Of a stretch of DNA of 64,000 nucleotides, positions 61,590-64,000 are shown piece after piece. How positions within the stretch are numbered: the first letter of the stretch is position 1; the number at the start of each line of letters is the position of its first letter. The notes under the pieces were generated by a model. It was not told the origin of the DNA. It was given only the letters and a program-made list of their open reading frames with translations, and did not search any database. Made by a program: the position numbers and the translations under genes. The stretch is from Malacoraja senta (lineage: Eukaryota), in contig CM075977.1 of the NCBI GenBank assembly GCA_038087875.1, positions 133,610,001-133,674,000 of the forward strand, read 5' to 3'.

Positions 61590-63235
61590 TATAGGATGAG
61601 TTTACGGAGTACTTAGAAGTTTACGATAAAATAGGCCGAAGTCAGCATGGCTGTGTGAAGCGGAGGTTTTACTGACAAATTTGCTGGAATTCTTTTATGA
61701 GGTAAAATTCTTTTTAGCAGGACAGACAGTCAGTAGATGTGGTTTACTTAGATTTAGAGAAAGCCTTGATGAGGTACCACATGTGAGGCCGCTAAGGAGG
61801 GTGAGAGCCCACGGTATCAAAGAGCAGATACTAGCATGGGTAGCAGGTTGGCTGGATGGCAGAAGACAAAGAGTGCTAACAAAGGGGCTTTTTCTCATTG
61901 ACTGCCAGTGACTAGCGGAATTCCTGGGGCCGCACCTCTTCATGTTGTATATTAATGATTTGGACGAGGGGATTGAAGGCTTTGCGGCCAAGTTTGTGGA
62001 TAATATGAAAATAGGTGGAAGGGTAGGTAATGTAGAGAAAGCAGGGACTCTGCAGAAGGACTTGAACATGTTGGGAGAGTGGGCAGAGAAGTGGCAGAGA
62101 GAATATAGTGTAGCAAAGTGTTGAGTCATGCATTTTGGTAGTAAGAATAAAGGTTTAGACTATTTTCTAAATGGGGAGAGAATCCCAAAATCAGAGCTGC
62201 AAAGGGACTTGGGAGTGCTGGTGCAGGATTTCCAAAATGTTAATCTGCAATTCATACCGGTAGTAAAGAAAGCAAACTCATTGGTGGCATTTATTTCAAG
62301 AGGGCTTGTATACGATCCGATAAAACTTTATTCATCCCCGGAGGGAAATTGGTTTGTCACAACACACAAGGTACACGAAAACTTGAAATTAAAAGTGAAA
62401 ACAAATAGAAAAAGACAAGCGACCATTGGCATGCTGCCGTGTGCACAGCGCCTTCACCGGAACAAATGAACAAATAATCAAACAAGTGCAGGCTTATCCC
62501 CTGGGCAGAGGATTATAAACTAGATTCCTCCCCCCCCCCACCGAGTCCCCCTTTGTTCTCCCACCGCCCTTCACAGCCGTCCCCCCACGCCGGGTCCCCA
62601 TTGTTCTTTACGACGGCCCCCCACGCCGGGTCCCCATTGTCTTCCCCTCCCCCCCTCATGCTTATCGAACGCTGAGCAAAAACAGGGATGTTAATGTTCA
62701 AGCTCTAAGGTGCTTGTAAGGCCGTATTTGGAATATTGTGAGCAATTTTGAGGAAGGATGTGCTGGCTCTGGAAAGGGTCCAAGGAAGGTTTACAAGAAT
62801 GATCCCAGGAATGTGTAGGTTAACCTATGATGACCGTTTGTCGGCACTTTGCCTGAACTTGCTGGAGTTTAGAAGAATGAGAGGGGACCTCATTGAAACA
62901 TACATAATAGTGAAAGGCTTGGATGGAGTGGATCTGGAGAGGATGTTTCCATTAGTGGGAGAGTCTAGAACTAGAGGTCATAGGCCCAGAATTAAAGGAT
63001 GTTATTTTAGGAAGGAGATGAGGAGAAATGTATTTAGTCAGAGGGTGGTAAATATGTGGAATTCTTTGCCACAGAAGGCTGTGGAGGTCAAGTCAGTTGA
63101 TATTTTTATGGCAGCGATAGATAGATTCTTGATTAGTGTAAGTGTCAGAGGTTATGGGGAGAAGGCAGGAGAATGGGGTTAGGAGAGATAGATCAGCCAT
63201 GATTGAATGATAGAGTAGATTTGACTGGCCGAAAA
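61590..63235 (+). mobile_element. Degraded CR1 RT and 3' end, with an insertion at about 62314-62677
   Basis: ORFs 61942..62124, 62128..62310 and 62748..63182. The CR1 sequence gggcttgtatac|aaaaacagggatg is split by the insertion. Confidence 0.88.
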
Positions 63236-64000
63236 TGGCCTCATTCTACTATCTTCATTCTACTATGAACTTATGAATGTGATCAGGTGAGCAATTTGTC
63301 TTATGAACATGAATTCTGATCCATTTTATGTATCTTTCTCAGAATAATTTCATGTAACTTTCATTAGGTTTCATTAGGTTTAATTATCTGAAACATTAAT
63401 TTTGTTTATCTCTCCACAGATATTGCATGACCTGCTGAGTATATCGAGTATTTTCTTTTTTTATTTATGTATTATGAAGCTGGCCATTGATGGTCTTCTG
63501 ATCAATCTTGGCACATCTTCCAGACTATTCTAATTCTGCTTTCTTAAACAAAATGTCACAAGTGAAGGAATGGCAGTGTTAGATGTTTACATGTTCTACA
63601 TTCACTGGAGGCAAGTAAACCTGCTCCACTGAATGGGATCCATGTCTCTAGAGGATTATTTAAGGATGAATGTCATAACCATTGGCATTTTGATGAGGTT
63701 GCACTTTTCATTTTGATAGTTATGATTCAGTTCTGACAAATTTAACATGTTCTAAGGTTGTGTGTTCAAGGTAAGATTAGTTCATATTTCTCTAAGGGAT
63801 CTTTTCAAAGGTTCAAAGGTTCATTTATTGTCACATACACCAATTGGTGTAGTGAAATTCAAGTTGCCATTGCAGCACATTAATAAGAATACAACATAAC
63901 ATTATAAAGAAATTTAACATAAAACATAAAATCATCCCCCCACAATGGTTCCCACTGTGAGGGAAGGCACAAAGTCCAGTCCCCATTCCCTTGACCACCC

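Overview
This is repeat-dense vertebrate genomic DNA, most likely from a cartilaginous fish (skate or ray). The evidence is the many HE1/V-SINE-like SINEs, HER1/CR1 LINEs and a SacSINE1/LF-SINE-like relic. There is no prokaryotic gene organisation and no CRISPR array, and there is one assembly gap (61411-61568). A few small + strand exon candidates (3630-18740) may be the 3' end of an unidentified host gene. The rest is mostly transposons: a full-length CsRn1-clade Gypsy element (8927-13274), an internally deleted Mag-like Gypsy element (39530-41949), a near full-length CR1 carrying several nested insertions (about 38440-45740), three PIF/Harbinger elements, Helitron-like elements, Rex1/Babar, L1 and RTE derivatives, and Penelope-derived repeats with hammerhead cores. 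The most notable object is a near-intact Hero-clade (RT plus restriction-like endonuclease) non-LTR retrotransposon at 47372-51309. It is flanked by a ~112-bp direct repeat, and its 3' UTR contains the hammerhead ribozyme core segments in a non-circularly permuted, pseudoknotted order. Boundaries of degraded repeats are approximate. Family names come from recognition by eye, not from database searches.
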